DNA from: Octopus sinensis
Lineage: Eukaryota
Length of the DNA: 64,000 nucleotides
NCBI RefSeq assembly: GCF_006345805.1
Contig: NW_021833028.1
Coordinates: 1-64,000 of the forward strand
Direction of reading: 5' to 3'
Below the pieces are notes generated by a model. That model saw only the letters and a program-made list of their open reading frames with translations, was not told the origin of the DNA and made no database searches. Below, one piece after another: positions 1 through 13,797 of this stretch (position 1 is its first letter; every line of letters starts with the position of its first letter). The position numbers and the translations under genes are program-made.

Positions 1-111
1 ATGGTCCCGAGAGCTGGAAGGACAGATCAGGTGATTGTTGCTTAAATATATGTACTCGTGGGGTAGATGGACAGGGATACTCAGCCCAGACAACTAGACT
101 ATTAGTGCGGA

Positions 112-3100
112 CTATACTGAAATGACCACTTTTTTCTGCTGGATGTCGAATATTATAATTTGGGTGTAACATGAGATCACATCGTTTATATTTTCCACGT
201 ACTCTCGATTTCGGAGAATTAAAATTCTTTTTTTGTTGTAGAAAAGTGTCCCCTCAAATTTCAAGTCCATTAAATCCGTCCTCCTGCACTCGCCTTCCTC
301 GCTTATTTGGTAGACTTTCAGAGTTGAGTCATTCTTGTCCACCACAATGGCCTCATCAAAATTTCCATAAAATGTTAGACCTGGAACTGAATTGTAGCTT
401 TACCTTTTTGGGTGGGAACACTACCAAAGTCCCACTGGACGTCTTCCCCTATGTCCCACAACTCGATTGAACCACTCTCCCGTGACAGAGTCAACATTTT
501 TCTAATAATCGAAACCGCACGCCAACTTATTGCTTGCAGGGAATAAGGAAGTCAATTCGTACAACGTGGCAATCTTCAGAAAGACCATTCCATACTCGCT
601 GTCCATTATGCGGATTTCGCTCATTTCACACAATTTGTAGGATTTTAATAAAATGGCACAATTCTGGGTTGCCTAAGAAATAACCTCCAAATTAAAGACA
701 GGAATGACTCTGATTTCGACGATTTCACTTTCATTAAAACAGACAGAAAGGGACAAGTTATTCCAAGAATTGTGTGCAACTACACCCACGTGAGAATTGT
801 GATGATCATTGACCGTTTTATAAGGAAATACTATATTTTTCCCCGTCCAAACTAGATTGTTCTGAATGGTTATTTTGGATGATAAATTCACGTCCTTGGT
901 CACTTCTGATGCGAGATTATGTATATTTAGTTTGTTGGTGTATTTGAGGCCATACACGATCTAAATGAATTCAACAGCAAACCTCATCTTCCGGAGTTTC
1001 GACTGGTAAAATGATTTCACGAGAAAAAATGTCCAGATCGGGTAAAATTAACCTGCGATGCAACACAATACTGCAATCAGGGGCCATTTTCCACTGCAAA
1101 ATTTTGGAATCGAAGTTTGACACGGCGAAAACTGATTTCGTCGTTACGCAGGAACAAAAATTAACTCTTTCGGAAAATTCTGTGCACTGGAGATGTTAAA
1201 TACTACAAACTGCATCGAGGACACTATTTGTAGTGGTGTCGTAAAAAGTTATTACGCCGCTCCCGGCCGCCACCAAAAGTGTATCGAAAAGTAATTCCAG
1301 TTGAATTATTTGATCGGAACATATTCGATTTTTAGACCCCGTCTTCAGGTTTTTGACCTTTCCGCTCTTTTTATAAATCAGAATGCCCTTTTCAATATCG
1401 GGTCCGATAATTTTTTCCGCCTTTGAACTTATGTTGGACTCAAGCAGAGTGGGCGTTGGGTTTTCGAAAGAAGGGAGACACCTCTCCGAAGTTATAAAAA
1501 GTGGATCTGCACTGGTTTTGCAATCATTAAAAAACTGTTCAGTGGCTTTGAGCAGTTCTCTTTCCTCACTGTTTATTCTGTCAAAATACTTATCCAGGTG
1601 GGCAATGACCACTGACTTGAGTTCGTTAGGAAAAGTGCTCAGGACAGCAAAAGAGGCTTTAATTATTTTCCTGAGCAAGAGAACGTCAAAATCTTTTTTG
1701 TGAGAGAGGTAGAAATCAAAGTCCTGGACGGCCACTTCAATTCCCTGATGTTGCAGAATGAAAGAGAGGAATTTTTGGTTGAGTAAATATTCGACCTTCA
1801 TTATATCCAACAAACGAGCATTTCTCAAGTAAAATGGGAGTTCGCGGATAATCTTGAGCGACAGTTTGTTTTCTGTATAGACTTTGGCGGCCTTGCTGTT
1901 GTTGAGGGGACCCGTAAACGTGAGTATACTAGCTTTCCGACGCAGAAGGTAGTCCGCCAATTTTTGGGTGTAGAACACGACGACCTCCTGATTCAAATAT
2001 CGATTTTTGACAAACTTTGCAACTGTTTCGTTTTTCCAATTCATTACAAACGAATCGTTTTGAGTACTATTCATACAAAACTCACTGAGAGCAATCCAAA
2101 TCGAGTTGAAAATGTAATCCGGGACCATTCCCTCCTTCGACAATTGCGGATAGCATGGCTGCTGCTGTGCGTTGAGAATTTGTTTGAAGGTTTCTTCGCT
2201 TATTCCGTCCTTGGAGACTGTTATCATGGCAGAAATATCTTTAATTGCCTGAGTGCCAAAACGTTCTTCTAACAGACCAAAACACTTGGCTAGTCTAATG
2301 GGATATGTGGACTCCAAAATTTCCCGAGGCACAAGAGATTTGAGAACAAGATTATTCGTGTCGATAACATACTGTTCAGTCACATGACGAGGGGGAAATA
2401 ATTCAGAGAAATATATCTGGTAGTCAATTCGCTGACCATCTTGAAGCGAAAAAAATATGGTGTATATTTTGTAGTCCGAAGATTGAATCGAACGGAAGTT
2501 GTCTTCCGCCAGGGTGGCAAATAAGTAGCAATTCGCGGGAATATTGAGTGTCCAGTGCTCCTCGTTGCCAAAGTCTATTTAATTGGTTGGACAGTCAAAC
2601 CAGGCAGTCTGTCCAAGTTGTCAATAAACAGATAAACAGGCTGGTTTTCAGCCTCCCGCAGCAGCAAATTATATATTTCCTTTGAATAATTCTTTTTTTT
2701 GCTGGATTCGACCTAATTTTAGCGTCAGCCCAGACATACAATCTTGAGTAATTGCAGCGAAAATAGTTCGAACACCTTCTTAGTGGAAGAGTCACTGTCC
2801 AGCAGCAATCCAGCCAAATAAACCAGTTTGACGTTTCTATAAATTCATCTTTGACTGCATACGAGTAATGAATCAAGTAATAGTGGGCTATCTTACAAAG
2901 CACAGCCGTCTTGCCTGATCCAACAGGTCCAGAAATGTAGCACTCGCTCTGGGGCAGTTGGTTCATTTCTTCAATCATGTTTTCAAAATTGGAGATTTCG
3001 ATGACCGACTTTTTATATCTAAACACAAACGTGTCAATCAGAATAAACATTCGGGAAAAGTAACTGATGTGATTCCAGTAGTCTACCTCAAAGTCGAGAT

Positions 3101-4662
3101 TATTTCTCAAAATAGCCTGTGATTTTTTGTCAATGTATGATAGGATTTTGTCTATAAAAATGCCGTACGACTGAAGGATCAATTTTTTTGTATAATTGTT
3201 ATTTTCTTGAAGGGCTGAAGGGGAAATGTCGTTAGGAGGGTTGGAAGGATAGTTTCGCTTGTTTTTATTAGGAATCTAAATTAGTTCCAGTAAGTACTAC
3301 GAAGCAGTGCAAATATCTGTGAAATGAATTATTCCGTCTGTTCTCGTAAAACGATGGAATCATTTCTCGAATCGAGTCACTGTAGGAAAGAGCCACATTG
3401 TTGATCTTTATATTTCTGCGTTCAAAAATAAGCACATCTTCTCTTTGGAATAAGAACTTTTGTTTCAACATTTGAAACAACTTTTCGGTGTCTGCAAGTT
3501 AAATTACAACCATCGCAATTGTTATAAAATATATCACAATTCGCTTATTAATGGTAATTATATATTACATGTGGTGAGCACACAGTTTTTGAATATGGCA
3601 AGATTCCGGTATTTAAAAATAATTTTCCGAACTCTTTCTAGCTCAGACAAAACTTGCTCTTCGGTCAATTTATATTTCTTCATTTTTTCTCTGCTTATAG
3701 AAATATAAAGCAAACTTGAAATTTTGCAAAACTCTGTTCGACTTGTTTACCACGTACCATTCCTTCAGAAAGAGAATGTCGTCTTTGAAGATTTTTTGAT
3801 CTTTAGTCGACAGTGCCTTTTCGCAAATAACAAAAATATTCTTTGAAGATTTCAAATTGAGTACTGGCAAGAACAATTCCGACGGCAGACACTCTGGTAA
3901 AAGAAATCGGTCACTTTCTTCGTCGATGAACATCTAAAGGAACAATTCACAGTTTCTAACGATAAGGAAAAATTTGCAGTGGGGATCGTCCCAAAAGCTG
4001 ATTTGCTCCATAATGTTGTCGAAGAAAGCTTTGTTCATGAAGAGAGGGTGAACCCCGGAAGCAAAGTCGGTCATCACCACCTCAAACTGGTATAAATAAA
4101 ATTTTTGTTGCAAAATTCTGATGATGGTTGTCAAGTACTCTTTCCTCTCGAACAAGAAATCTGGTGATTAGATTGTTGCTTCAATACCCTCTGGGTCGGC
4201 AATCACGATTATTCGCACTTTGGAAAAGTAAAACTTGCCAATGTTCAATGAATTTATAAGTTGTCTCCATAAAGAGTTTTTAGCAATGACGCGTTTTTTG
4301 GGTTCATTTTTCAAAAGAGGGTTGTAAAAATCAAAATTGGCGTTTTTTCTGTTTAAAGTTTCGTCTTTATTGGAGAATGTATAATTTCTAGTGAGTAAAT
4401 AATTTTCGCTGATTCTGGTTTGGTCTTCTTCTTTAGCCTATCACTGATCAACTAAAACATGCACATTTCTTTTGGCAAAATAGCATTCTTCGATGAATGT
4501 GCCCGAATCGACAGTCTTTTTCTTTCTGTTCCTGATGTAATTTTCCTAGACTGGAATAAATAAAACTACTGCAAGTAATTCCATGACTGATTCCCTCCAA
4601 TTCTCTCCAGTTTGCTAAATATAACAAATAGAAAGTACTTTGTTTTTTGAATAATACGACAT
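112..4662 (-). CDS. NACHT and WD40-repeat (NWD1/NWD2-like STAND NTPase) protein, multi-exon with micro-introns; ends provisional
   Basis: After removing the 27-nt intron gtattgaag...caccag the N-terminus reads KVRIIVIADPEDFLFERKEYL...ILQQKFYLYQFEVVMTDF, like the NWD N-terminal domain. Walker A is ISGPVGSGKT (ORF 2595-3182) and a Walker B-like PVYLFIDNLDRL lies near 2620. A helical region and beta-rich C-terminal exons follow (1196-2383, 673-957, 112-345). Confidence 0.7.
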
Positions 4663-5033
4663 ATTTAATAGCTGAACGGAAATCGAATATTAAAAGTCGA
4701 ATCAATCGTATCTAAATCAAGTTATTGTTCGGATTATTTCGCTTTATTGTCGGGTTTATGTCAACAACGTGTTATTGACACATTTAATATTTCTAATCCA
4801 TCTTGCACTGAGTAGTGGCTCCGTTTTAGATAATTTGGAATGAAAATATTGTGAGACCAATGATGGTGGTTGTCGGAGCAGAGTCAGGGAAAGTGGGTTT
4901 GTGAACAATCAAGATTAGTAATAATTTTCACACAATAAGTCATAATTATTTACGCCACACGCCGTAAATTAATATTCGAATTACTAAGCGTGGGCAAGAA
5001 ATCTACGTGGTTAGCAGTCGGCCTAATAGGAAC

Positions 5034-6494
5034 ATGCAAGCGCAGAACTGGGCAGATAATCAAAAAGAAGTTCAGTTCTATGATGATGGACAAAAGTCGT
5101 ATTTCAGGTTGTCAAACAGTCCCCACTGATAGTAAGGCCCACACAAGCCTACTTTTGATAATATTCCTGACAATCGTCTACATTGGAGCCAACTACGGGG
5201 ACTTTAGCGACCCTCTTTATAACAAGAAGCGGTTTGGGCTGTACATTCAGTCAGTAGAGGATTCGTGGCAGTCATCGTGTCCTTCCTGTTCTACTGTGTG
5301 ATCCAACTCCCCGACGGGCCCTTCATGAGACCCCACCCTGGTTGCCTTCTGAATGCTATTGGCAGCACTGTGGAGACTGGTCTTGGCGGTCTCGATACTT
5401 TACGAACTTGCCCTCATCTTTCTTCTCTTCCAAGTACATGAAGTGACTGACTTAGACTGCGGGGGATGCCCGGAACATGATGAAGGTGTTCGATCCTTCC
5501 CTGGGCCAACCATTCAAGGAGCGACAGTACGGGAATTGTGCAATATACGACCCAGTGGCCAATCCCGACGACCCTTTCAAATTCTTTAAGGTTGAAGGTC
5601 ACGTTTATTGTAGGACAAACTGGACATGTTCATTGCGGCACATTTTTTCGGCTGGTTTCTACAAGTGAGGTCCCATGTTGTTATTTAGGCTCTGATTCTG
5701 CGTGATTGGTTGCTGTGCCACATCATCAGTCTGGGATTCGAAGTGATGGAGTACACACTCATGCACCAACTCCCCAACTTCATCGAGTGTTGGTGGGACC
5801 ATGTGAGCACTCTTTTCTATGTCTAGTTCATTCTCGACATTCTCCTTACCAATTCGACGGGCATTTATTTGGGACTGCGAGTCCTCGACTATCTCAAAAT
5901 CAAGCCCTACCACTGGAAGTCCCTGAGAAGCATTCCCAGCATGAGGTTCCTCTCCTTCCCCACCGCAGAGGCAAGACTAAACGACTGCTGCTTCAATTCT
6001 CTCCTTATAACTGGAAGACCTACAATTGGAGACCCACGGCCAGTCTCCATCGATGGATTATCACAATTTTCGTCATTTTTATGGTCAGTCCTTTTTCTCA
6101 TGGCAGTTTTTGCTCGCACAAGTTAACTTTTTCTACATAAAGTTTGCTCTGTGGATCCCCGAGTCGCACTTTCTGTGTGTCCTCAGGACTGCCATCATTT
6201 ATTTGTCCGGTGGCGTGGCCCTCCGTGAGATCTACAGCTACGTCGACTTGGAGTTGTCTTCTTTATTCACAATTCAGGGATTCCTGCAATCGGTTCGGTC
6301 CTCAGTCGTGGATATTTCTGGCTTTCATTTTCACCGAGTTGCTCGTTTATACCAAATTCGAGTGGGAACTGGTGACCACCCCTCCACCCCCTGCCATTGT
6401 CGTGTCTTGGGCTGTCTTCCTGGTTGTCCTCTTTATATACACGGTCGTCACCTTCGTTTTATTTCCACGCAAGACAGAAAAGAAGGCTGACTAA
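5034..6494 (+). CDS. PTDSS2: Phosphatidylserine synthase 2
   Basis: Spliced product reads [15 protein letters not shown]...[36 protein letters not shown], then [22 protein letters not shown], and ends ...[10 protein letters not shown]. Introns are GT-AG, about 23-25 nt. Confidence 0.92.
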
Positions 6495-6562
6495 TTTCCC
6501 CACTTTTATTTCCTATTTGTGCTATTGTTTGATATTTTAAATGTTCTGATCTGTTGGGTTAT

Positions 6563-6846
6563 TCAGTAAGTGAAGGAAATGTTATAATTAGTCACATTCT
6601 CCACTTCCTTGACGACTGAATGTTGGGAAGTGTGTTCTGCAATCGAAAAAAAGTTTTAACCTCTTTTTATTTGGTCATCACTGACTGTCTTTTCACTTTG
6701 GACAACAGAATGTCTCAAACAGTTCATTTGTCGGTCAATTTCATTATTTTCTTACTTTTTTCGCGTTCCATGATCTTTTTCTGTTGGAGGTACAAAATGT
6801 CGACTTTCCGATTGTTTGCCAGAGTTGTCTTGAAATCATGAGACAT
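6563..6846 (-). CDS. Possible small hypothetical protein (MSHDFKTTLANNRKVDILYLQQKKIMEREK...)
   Basis: ATG-led open stretch followed by a gtaag donor and short exon-like pieces; no family recognised. Confidence 0.3.
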
Positions 6847-7049
6847 TCCGCTTGTCGGGAGCTGGGTTTTTAAATGCGTCGTTATGGCAATTAACGATTT
6901 AATCTCAGATTTTTCTCCAAGTGTGGTTTAAGAATTATCATAAAATGATTACGAGTTTTGTTAAACAAATCCAAATTACTAAATTCATTCAAGTTGAAAA
7001 AATATCTTATGAAAATTTTGGTTCCGATTTGCTTCTCTTTGCTATCGAT

Positions 7050-7510
7050 CCGCCTCCTTCCGCCAGATTCATAGGCCGGAATACAGCGTCTGTATCCTTC
7101 ACAGGTTCCTCTTGTGTCTCGTGGTTTATCATCGAATGCTTTGCCGTTGTAGGCAAGAGCTTGTACTCCGCGCGCATGTTCTCCAGCGTTTTTTTATTAC
7201 GATTGTCTGAACATATGCACGCGTAGAGTCATGGACTTGTAGGGAGTTTTGGTAGTTTATTCCACCCCACATGAGAACTAACGATTCACCTTTGCATTAT
7301 GGATTAACCTCAATTCGCTTTCCAAAAGATCGTATTTATATAATTTCTCAACTTCACATGCTTCAAAAATTGTTGAGAAGTAATCCCAACTTCGTATTGA
7401 TGTTTGTCGTAACTTTGTCGTAGAATGCCCGGTTTATTTTTATTGACTATAATATCGTGTCCACACGTATTTCAACCACCTTATTAGAGACAGTCGACTG
7501 AACTTCCAAA
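7050..7510 (-). mobile_element. Degenerate 3' fragment of an R4/Dong-like REL retrotransposon
   Basis: Broken frames read STVSNKVVEIRVDT, EVEK..YDLLESEL and AYVQTIVIKKTLENM, matching the copies at 31.2, 40.3 and 56.5 kb. Confidence 0.75.
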
Positions 7511-7974
7511 TTGAGAGTTAAAAATAAATTTAGAATAAAAACATTTTTGACTGATTTCTTTGTAGAAATATTTAAAATATGAACATTGTACATTCACATG
7601 ACACTGCTGTGAATTGTAGTTAATTTATTATTATTTACGCGAATTAAAATATAAACTTAAAAGTAAGCTTGTTATGTGGAGTGGACCTGACTTACTACAA
7701 AACATAGAACTAGAAGAGTCAGTAGAGAAACTGGAAAGTGTTTTAGAAGACGTCAGCCTATTCCGCGGAAAAATTGCTCAAGAAATGAGTTACCAATAAT
7801 ATTACCACCGCAGAAAATTATTCAAACATTCTGTCCAAACTACACATCCAGGATTAGACTATCTGTTTGGTTAATTTGTTTAAATGAGTGCCGCACCACA
7901 TCAATATTATTGAGCAATTGATGCAATAATTAAATCACCTGCAAACAGAATGATTAGAGAAAATAGGTTAAGCA

Positions 7975-8460
7975 TCAATTTCGGCCGTAGACCAACTCAT
8001 TTTTGTATGTGACATATAAAAATCCGTCCTCGTCCTTGTATTTCTGCCAATAGACACACACACATACCGAGTAGAGATAACTCATTTTTGACTGAGGGGA
8101 AATTGCCTGCCTTCCTTTCACGTAAAAGAAAAGTGCGTGGGCACTGTCCAAGTCGAGTCGTCGTCTGAATTTTATAAAGTGAGGGTCACCGCACTGCGTT
8201 GATCAAATGGGAGAATTCGATGTGTGCGCTCGTCTGGAATCGATTCCTGATCAGTTGGGGCAGGGTGGAGGAGGGATCTGCCTCCAAAATGACCTGGAAT
8301 GTTCTGAAATTAGCGAGACTGGGATCTTTTCGTTATCTTTGCTTTGTATGCGGTTGAATATTGCGATTCTCTCCTCCAAGGTGTGCTGGTCTTTAAAGGT
8401 TGGGTTTTTATTTGTATTGTCTTGAGGATCATCCTCCGGAGCTCCACGAAAAAAATTCAT
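7975..8460 (-). CDS. ATG8 family protein, LC3-like
   Basis: Spliced (26, 25 and 24 nt introns): FKDQHTLEERI...KIPVILE...VRRRLDLDSAHALFFYV...KYKDEDGFLYVTYKNELVYG-RN*. The C-terminal Gly is present. Confidence 0.92.
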
Positions 8461-9297
8461 TTGATTTTTTATTTGAAATTTATTTGTTTTGAATTTTTTG
8501 TAGGAGTATATTAATTTATTCACAATTAATAAAATTAAAATTAAAAAAATAAAATGTCAATTTAATATGCGCATTGACTAGAGAAATTTAAAAGGCCTTT
8601 TGATGAACCAATTTCCAAAACCCTAAAAAGCCAAAAATCTGAATATGGTTTTCTGATTTGTCCCAACAACGATCCAAACATTCACAATCATCTGTTTGTA
8701 TCATTATAAGAAGGTTTATCACTTTCACACATTTCGGGGAAAATATTTGTGCCCAAAGTGCTTTTTGGTGGATAATGAAAGGTCATCTCGCTCCAATGAC
8801 TGTTGATAAAAAATAATCTGTGTTCCTCTCATACTGTGCGCTTTGTCCATAGGTACCCCCAGTAGGTGAGTTGTGTTTATCCCTTCAACTCACAACATCA
8901 CAAATTCGTTTCTACGTGTGACTTTTGAGCGGGATGAATGTAATCATTTCTTTTTGTGGCTTACTGTCGTACCTGAATAGCATTGCTCTGTTCATTATAT
9001 CATTTATCATCACATGAAACTGAAAATGATGAATTAATATCATTAATTTTATTTCTATTAATGTTTACTGTCATTTTTGTGGTGCTGTTCTTCGCAGGTT
9101 TGCAGACAGAGGCGTCGCTTTAATTTTCTGAATTATTTCATTTTTATTATTGAGAACAAGATTTTAGTATACATTCCCTTTATTTGTTCCCACATAACTT
9201 TCTTGTCCTGAGTCCCCAAATAACTAGTATCTGTAGTTGACTGTGGAGAGTTGCTAAAGATAGTTATTCCTCTTAAACACATCTCTCTATTGCATTA

Positions 9298-10790
9298 ATG
9301 TCGAATACACATCCTGGAGAATTTGTGCTTATGTTTAATATCAGTGGAATTTCCTCTTCACTACAAAGAACACAATTGACTGAGAACCTAATTTATTATG
9401 GAGCTTCAGTAGCTTTCCTTCAAGAAACTAAGCTCAATGAGGATTTCGAGGAGATTGTTGGATTATTTAGGATTATCTTACTAAAACCGGAAGACTGTGG
9501 ATTTGCAATCTATGCCAACTCAATTTACAAATGCTGGAGAATTAATAACCGGATCTCAGTTTTACAAGTAATGCTGGGGAAAGCGCTTCTGATCAGCATT
9601 AAAGCATATGTATCAACAATGGGTATAGCAATGAAATGTCCTAAACAAGTCGAAAATGTTTACTCAAATCTCGCCATGACTATAGGCGATATACGTGCTT
9701 CTCTTCTCATTTTCCTTGGAGGTGACTGGAATGCAAAAGTGAGAACACGTCGTAAGGATGAAAATTCTATCGGAGCTTATAGTAGAGGAATAAGGAACTC
9801 AAATGGCGCAGCTTTAGGAGACTTCTGAAGTTCATTTGATCTTTTTTGTGCAACAAGACATTTAAACATTCGGCAAGACATATGACGAAGTTGGTGGGAC
9901 AAAGACAAAATCAGAATGGAGAGATTTTACCTATTTACGACTAAATATATTACATCATCTCTGGATGTAATTTCAAATGCATGCTGATAGATTCACAATC
10001 TTACGGAGCCGAAAAAGCTGAACAGCTCAATTATGGCCCAAAAATGTTCCGACCTATTCGTTTGCTAGATAGGCCTAAAAGAGTTAATTCTACTTGATGA
10101 CTATGGAAGAAGAATGTTTGATAAAAAAACTGAAAAATAAGAGAACTAAAAAATAAGAGGAATCCCTTTTAGAAATGACAATGAGCACATATCTCAGTTT
10201 GTTAGAACTCATATATGTCTAACTGTTCCAATAACTATTACAAAGATGAAAACTGGTAGGAGTATGAGTATTGATAGCATTAATGGAGAACTTTCAAAAT
10301 ACTCTAAGCTTACTTGCTCATCAGTTATCCGATATACTAAACGACATATTTACGCAAAAGCAGAGTTTCACTTGGACAAGGAGTGTTAATTTCTGTATAG
10401 AAACTAGGGAAGGCGGTTAAACCGGTAGAAAATCTCAGACCTATAATTTTTTAAATATCTCTGCGAAAACTACTGTCATTGATTCTTTTTCACAGAATAT
10501 CTCCTATCGTGGCCAAATTCTTGTCTTTGGGACAAAGTGAGTTCAGAAGAGGGAGGCAGTTTACATACTGGGTATAGATCTATCCGGAGCGTTTGACACT
10601 GTTCGCAAAGGAAAGCTTATTCAGCTATTAGGAACATTGTTGGATGAGGACAGTTTGAGAATGATATGTGTCTTAGTGGGGTCGTCTGATTGTACATCTA
10701 AATAGGAACAAGTTCGGTAATCCAAATATAATATTCCAATTAATTTACAAAGCTAAGATTGTGACAATTTCCCGGGATTCTGTCATATAT
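9298..10790 (+). mobile_element. Decayed APE+RT LINE (RTE-like)
   Basis: APE motifs FLQETKL and LGGDWNAKV; RT motif ILGIDLSGAFDTV near 10570; many stops and frameshifts. Confidence 0.8.
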
Positions 10791-11029
10791 TGGAATGTAG
10801 ACGTTCTTTAATTAAATTGTAAAAAAAACATTATCAATAATGAAGACGACGAGAGTCACAGAAAAAGAACCGCCACTTGAAAGGAATGGAATGTCTTTTA
10901 TTGATCAAAAAAACAGAAACCGAAAGAAAATAAGTTAACATAGAGATTAAACGAGGTACCGAAGTGTCTCTTTCAATGCGTATCCCCAATTATAGTCGGC
11001 GTCAACAATTTTTCTCCAAGACCATCCGG

Positions 11030-11570
11030 ATCGTGGGCACAGAAGATTCTTGCGACCTTTCTAGCCTTTCATCAAGTTATACTCCATAAGCCAGTTTCAA
11101 TGCAAAACGTCTTGTTTTTTTCCGACAAGGTAGTCACTCTCCTCCGTACCGTGCCAGCCCTCGTAGCCATATGTGAGGACTGGTCGTACACACGTTTTGT
11201 ATATGTACGTTTCCGGATCCAGATGGAACGTGGTTAAGCTTTTGAGGATCCTCTTCTTCTGTTTAGCTACGTGGTCGGCGTACGAACCATGGCAGTTGAC
11301 TATTACTCCAAGGTAGTGTAGATTCAAACTCTTGAAGAGATCCATATCATAAGCACTCATAGCATAAGAACAGTCGTCTCCAAGACTGTGATATCCTTTT
11401 GGTATATTATGATATTAATAGACATGTAGCCTTCAAATTCCACTTTCATTGCTTCCTTCACCTTAGTCTCATTAATGATCAAGATGTCAGACTTCGCTGA
11501 AGATAGGAAGAGCCTCAGCTCCGGTGCCCACTCCCTTGCAAGACGGGAACTTGAAAGGAACTGATAAGCC
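11030..11570 (-). mobile_element. LINE RT C-terminal fragment, same family as the element at 43.7-47 kb
   Basis: YLGVIVNCHGSYADHV...LKSLTTFHLDPET...RPVLTYGYEGW parallels YLGVSIDRRGSFKDHI...LKSLTRFHLEPET at 44037-44234. Confidence 0.75.
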
Positions 11571-13797
11571 GTAAAGCTGAAAATTCATTAGATATATAAA
11601 CGAATAAATAGTTTTATTAATAAATATTAAATTTTTGTTATAATAGAACAATACAATGTTAATGATATTCACTGAATTAATCACTTTTATGATATACTAG
11701 GTTAATCGTGACTATTTATGCTGAACAAAACATATGTTTTATCAAAAGATGCAGCCATTGCCGTCACATTATCAGTTTAATTACTCCAAATACATTTTTG
11801 TAGATTCTAGATTTGGTAACATTTGGAATTTCTCTTTCTATTACTGAAAAAAACGCTAATTTATGTGCAAATATATTTTTACTGTTATGGATATTCGTCA
11901 CAACATTTATATTTGTTATTATTTATTCTTTTGGACTTGAAAAGAAATTTAATCCCGGATTATTATCTAAAGGGGTTATATATGTATTTTACTTATAGCA
12001 ATTACTGTTCCTTTCATTAAATTCAACATTTCTGGTAATTGTCATCGCGAATTTTTATTCGGTTTACAAAATTCATTCTAATTTGGTTATCGCACTGACG
12101 GTATTTTTTGAATGATAAAAATAGATTCTATGTATTCTTCAAATAATCTACAGAATTTTTCTACTAATAATTCTTTTAAAAAATTGGAATAGACTACTAA
12201 TGAATTGTTAATTATATGACATTTAACTTGAATTTAGTAATAAAAATCAAATAAACTAATAAATATAACAAAAATTAACTTCACCACCAAAGTCTGTACC
12301 ACCAAAGCAGAGTGGAAAAGCTTAAAAGCGGAAAGCTTCTTTCTGAAATCAGGGCACAGATCTCCAGAAAAAATATATTTTTAATTTAGATAATATTGAT
12401 ATGTGTATATTTGCGAGTTCTTCCTTAGTTTCTTTGACAGAATAAAAATGATTATTTTTTCGCGTGAAGGTATATATTTTCGCAGATATATTGTCATATA
12501 ATAAGGACTTTGTTATTTAAAACGATGTCGTTTCTTGATATTACTAAGTCGTCTACGTTGAATCGTTTTTTTCCGAGTATCTTTGTAGATCCACGAGATC
12601 AACAATATACCTGTTCCGTGGCGCATAAGCAAATATAGTGTAATAAAAGGTTTATATCGCATTAACTGTTTAGACTACAAATTAAATTACTTATCTTGCC
12701 TGACAAAGAACGCACTGTCAGATAATTTTACAGACTTGCAGTCTTTTTATTCCATAGCTAATGAAATAAGAAGCTTATCTCTACCAAAATGGTCAGAATT
12801 GTGACAGCCTTGAAATTTTAATCACTACGTTTTATTCAATAGTTTTCATTTTTAATTTAGCTTTGTCAGATGCAAAGAACCTCAAAAGTTTCCCTTTTCA
12901 AAAATAAAAGCTTTTTCCTTGTCAAGTAGCTAAATCTTTAAGAAACTTCCTATGCGACAGTGTTCGTTCTATGATAATCCTTTATCTAAACAGGCTTATC
13001 ATAAATTTTAATTTTTGAAATAATTTCTCTTCATAATCCAATAAAAACCTCTGAAATGTGTTATTTATACTTAGTTATTGATTTTTGCTCGAATTAATTA
13101 ACGAATTGATTTTCCAATGAAAAAATAAGATGATTTTTTATTAAAAATACAACTCGAGTTCGACCTCTACAAGGTAAAATCACTTTTGAGATTTTGAAAG
13201 ATTAAAAAAGAAGTCTACGCTAATTCGACGTATATTTTTAAAAAATTATATCGTTTTATCCGCATTTAAACAGAATTCATATTATTTTTAGATAAATTTT
13301 TATTATTAATAAACATTTTTGGAATATTTTGTAATAAAATTAGTAAAATTGAATATATCCTAGGACAAACAAGCATCGCCCTTTTAAATTAGTAAATATC
13401 AAGAACCAGTTCGTTGAGTCGAAACAGCTAAAAAGGTGAAATAATCTTCTGTCGTTATAACTGCTTAATTTCTTATTTTTTACTAATTATTTATATTTAA
13501 TAAATTATTAGTTTATTGTATGTTTTGATTGAATGGTTGTCTTAAATCATTAGTCATACTATTTATTCAATTATCATTAATAGTGAATATTCAATTTCTC
13601 AAATTTTCACGAAAACGCGTAGATTATAAATTAGAACTCCCTTCACTGACGAATAATACGTAAAAAGTATGCGGTTTTTTATTCTTTAATCATTTTCTTA
13701 TCCTATTTTTTGACCTTGTCATTTTGACATTTTTAAATTTATATCATAGTTAAACGTTTTAAAAATATTTTACTAATGTTTTTAGTTATAATAAAGA

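Noticed and set aside
4840-4920. C/D snoRNA between the NWD-like gene and PTDSS2
   Set aside because: The C-box match is imperfect, and there is no D box or terminal stem.
12300-12900. Transposase remnant (AYAPR-like motif on the minus strand)
   Set aside because: A single short motif with no supporting frame or termini.
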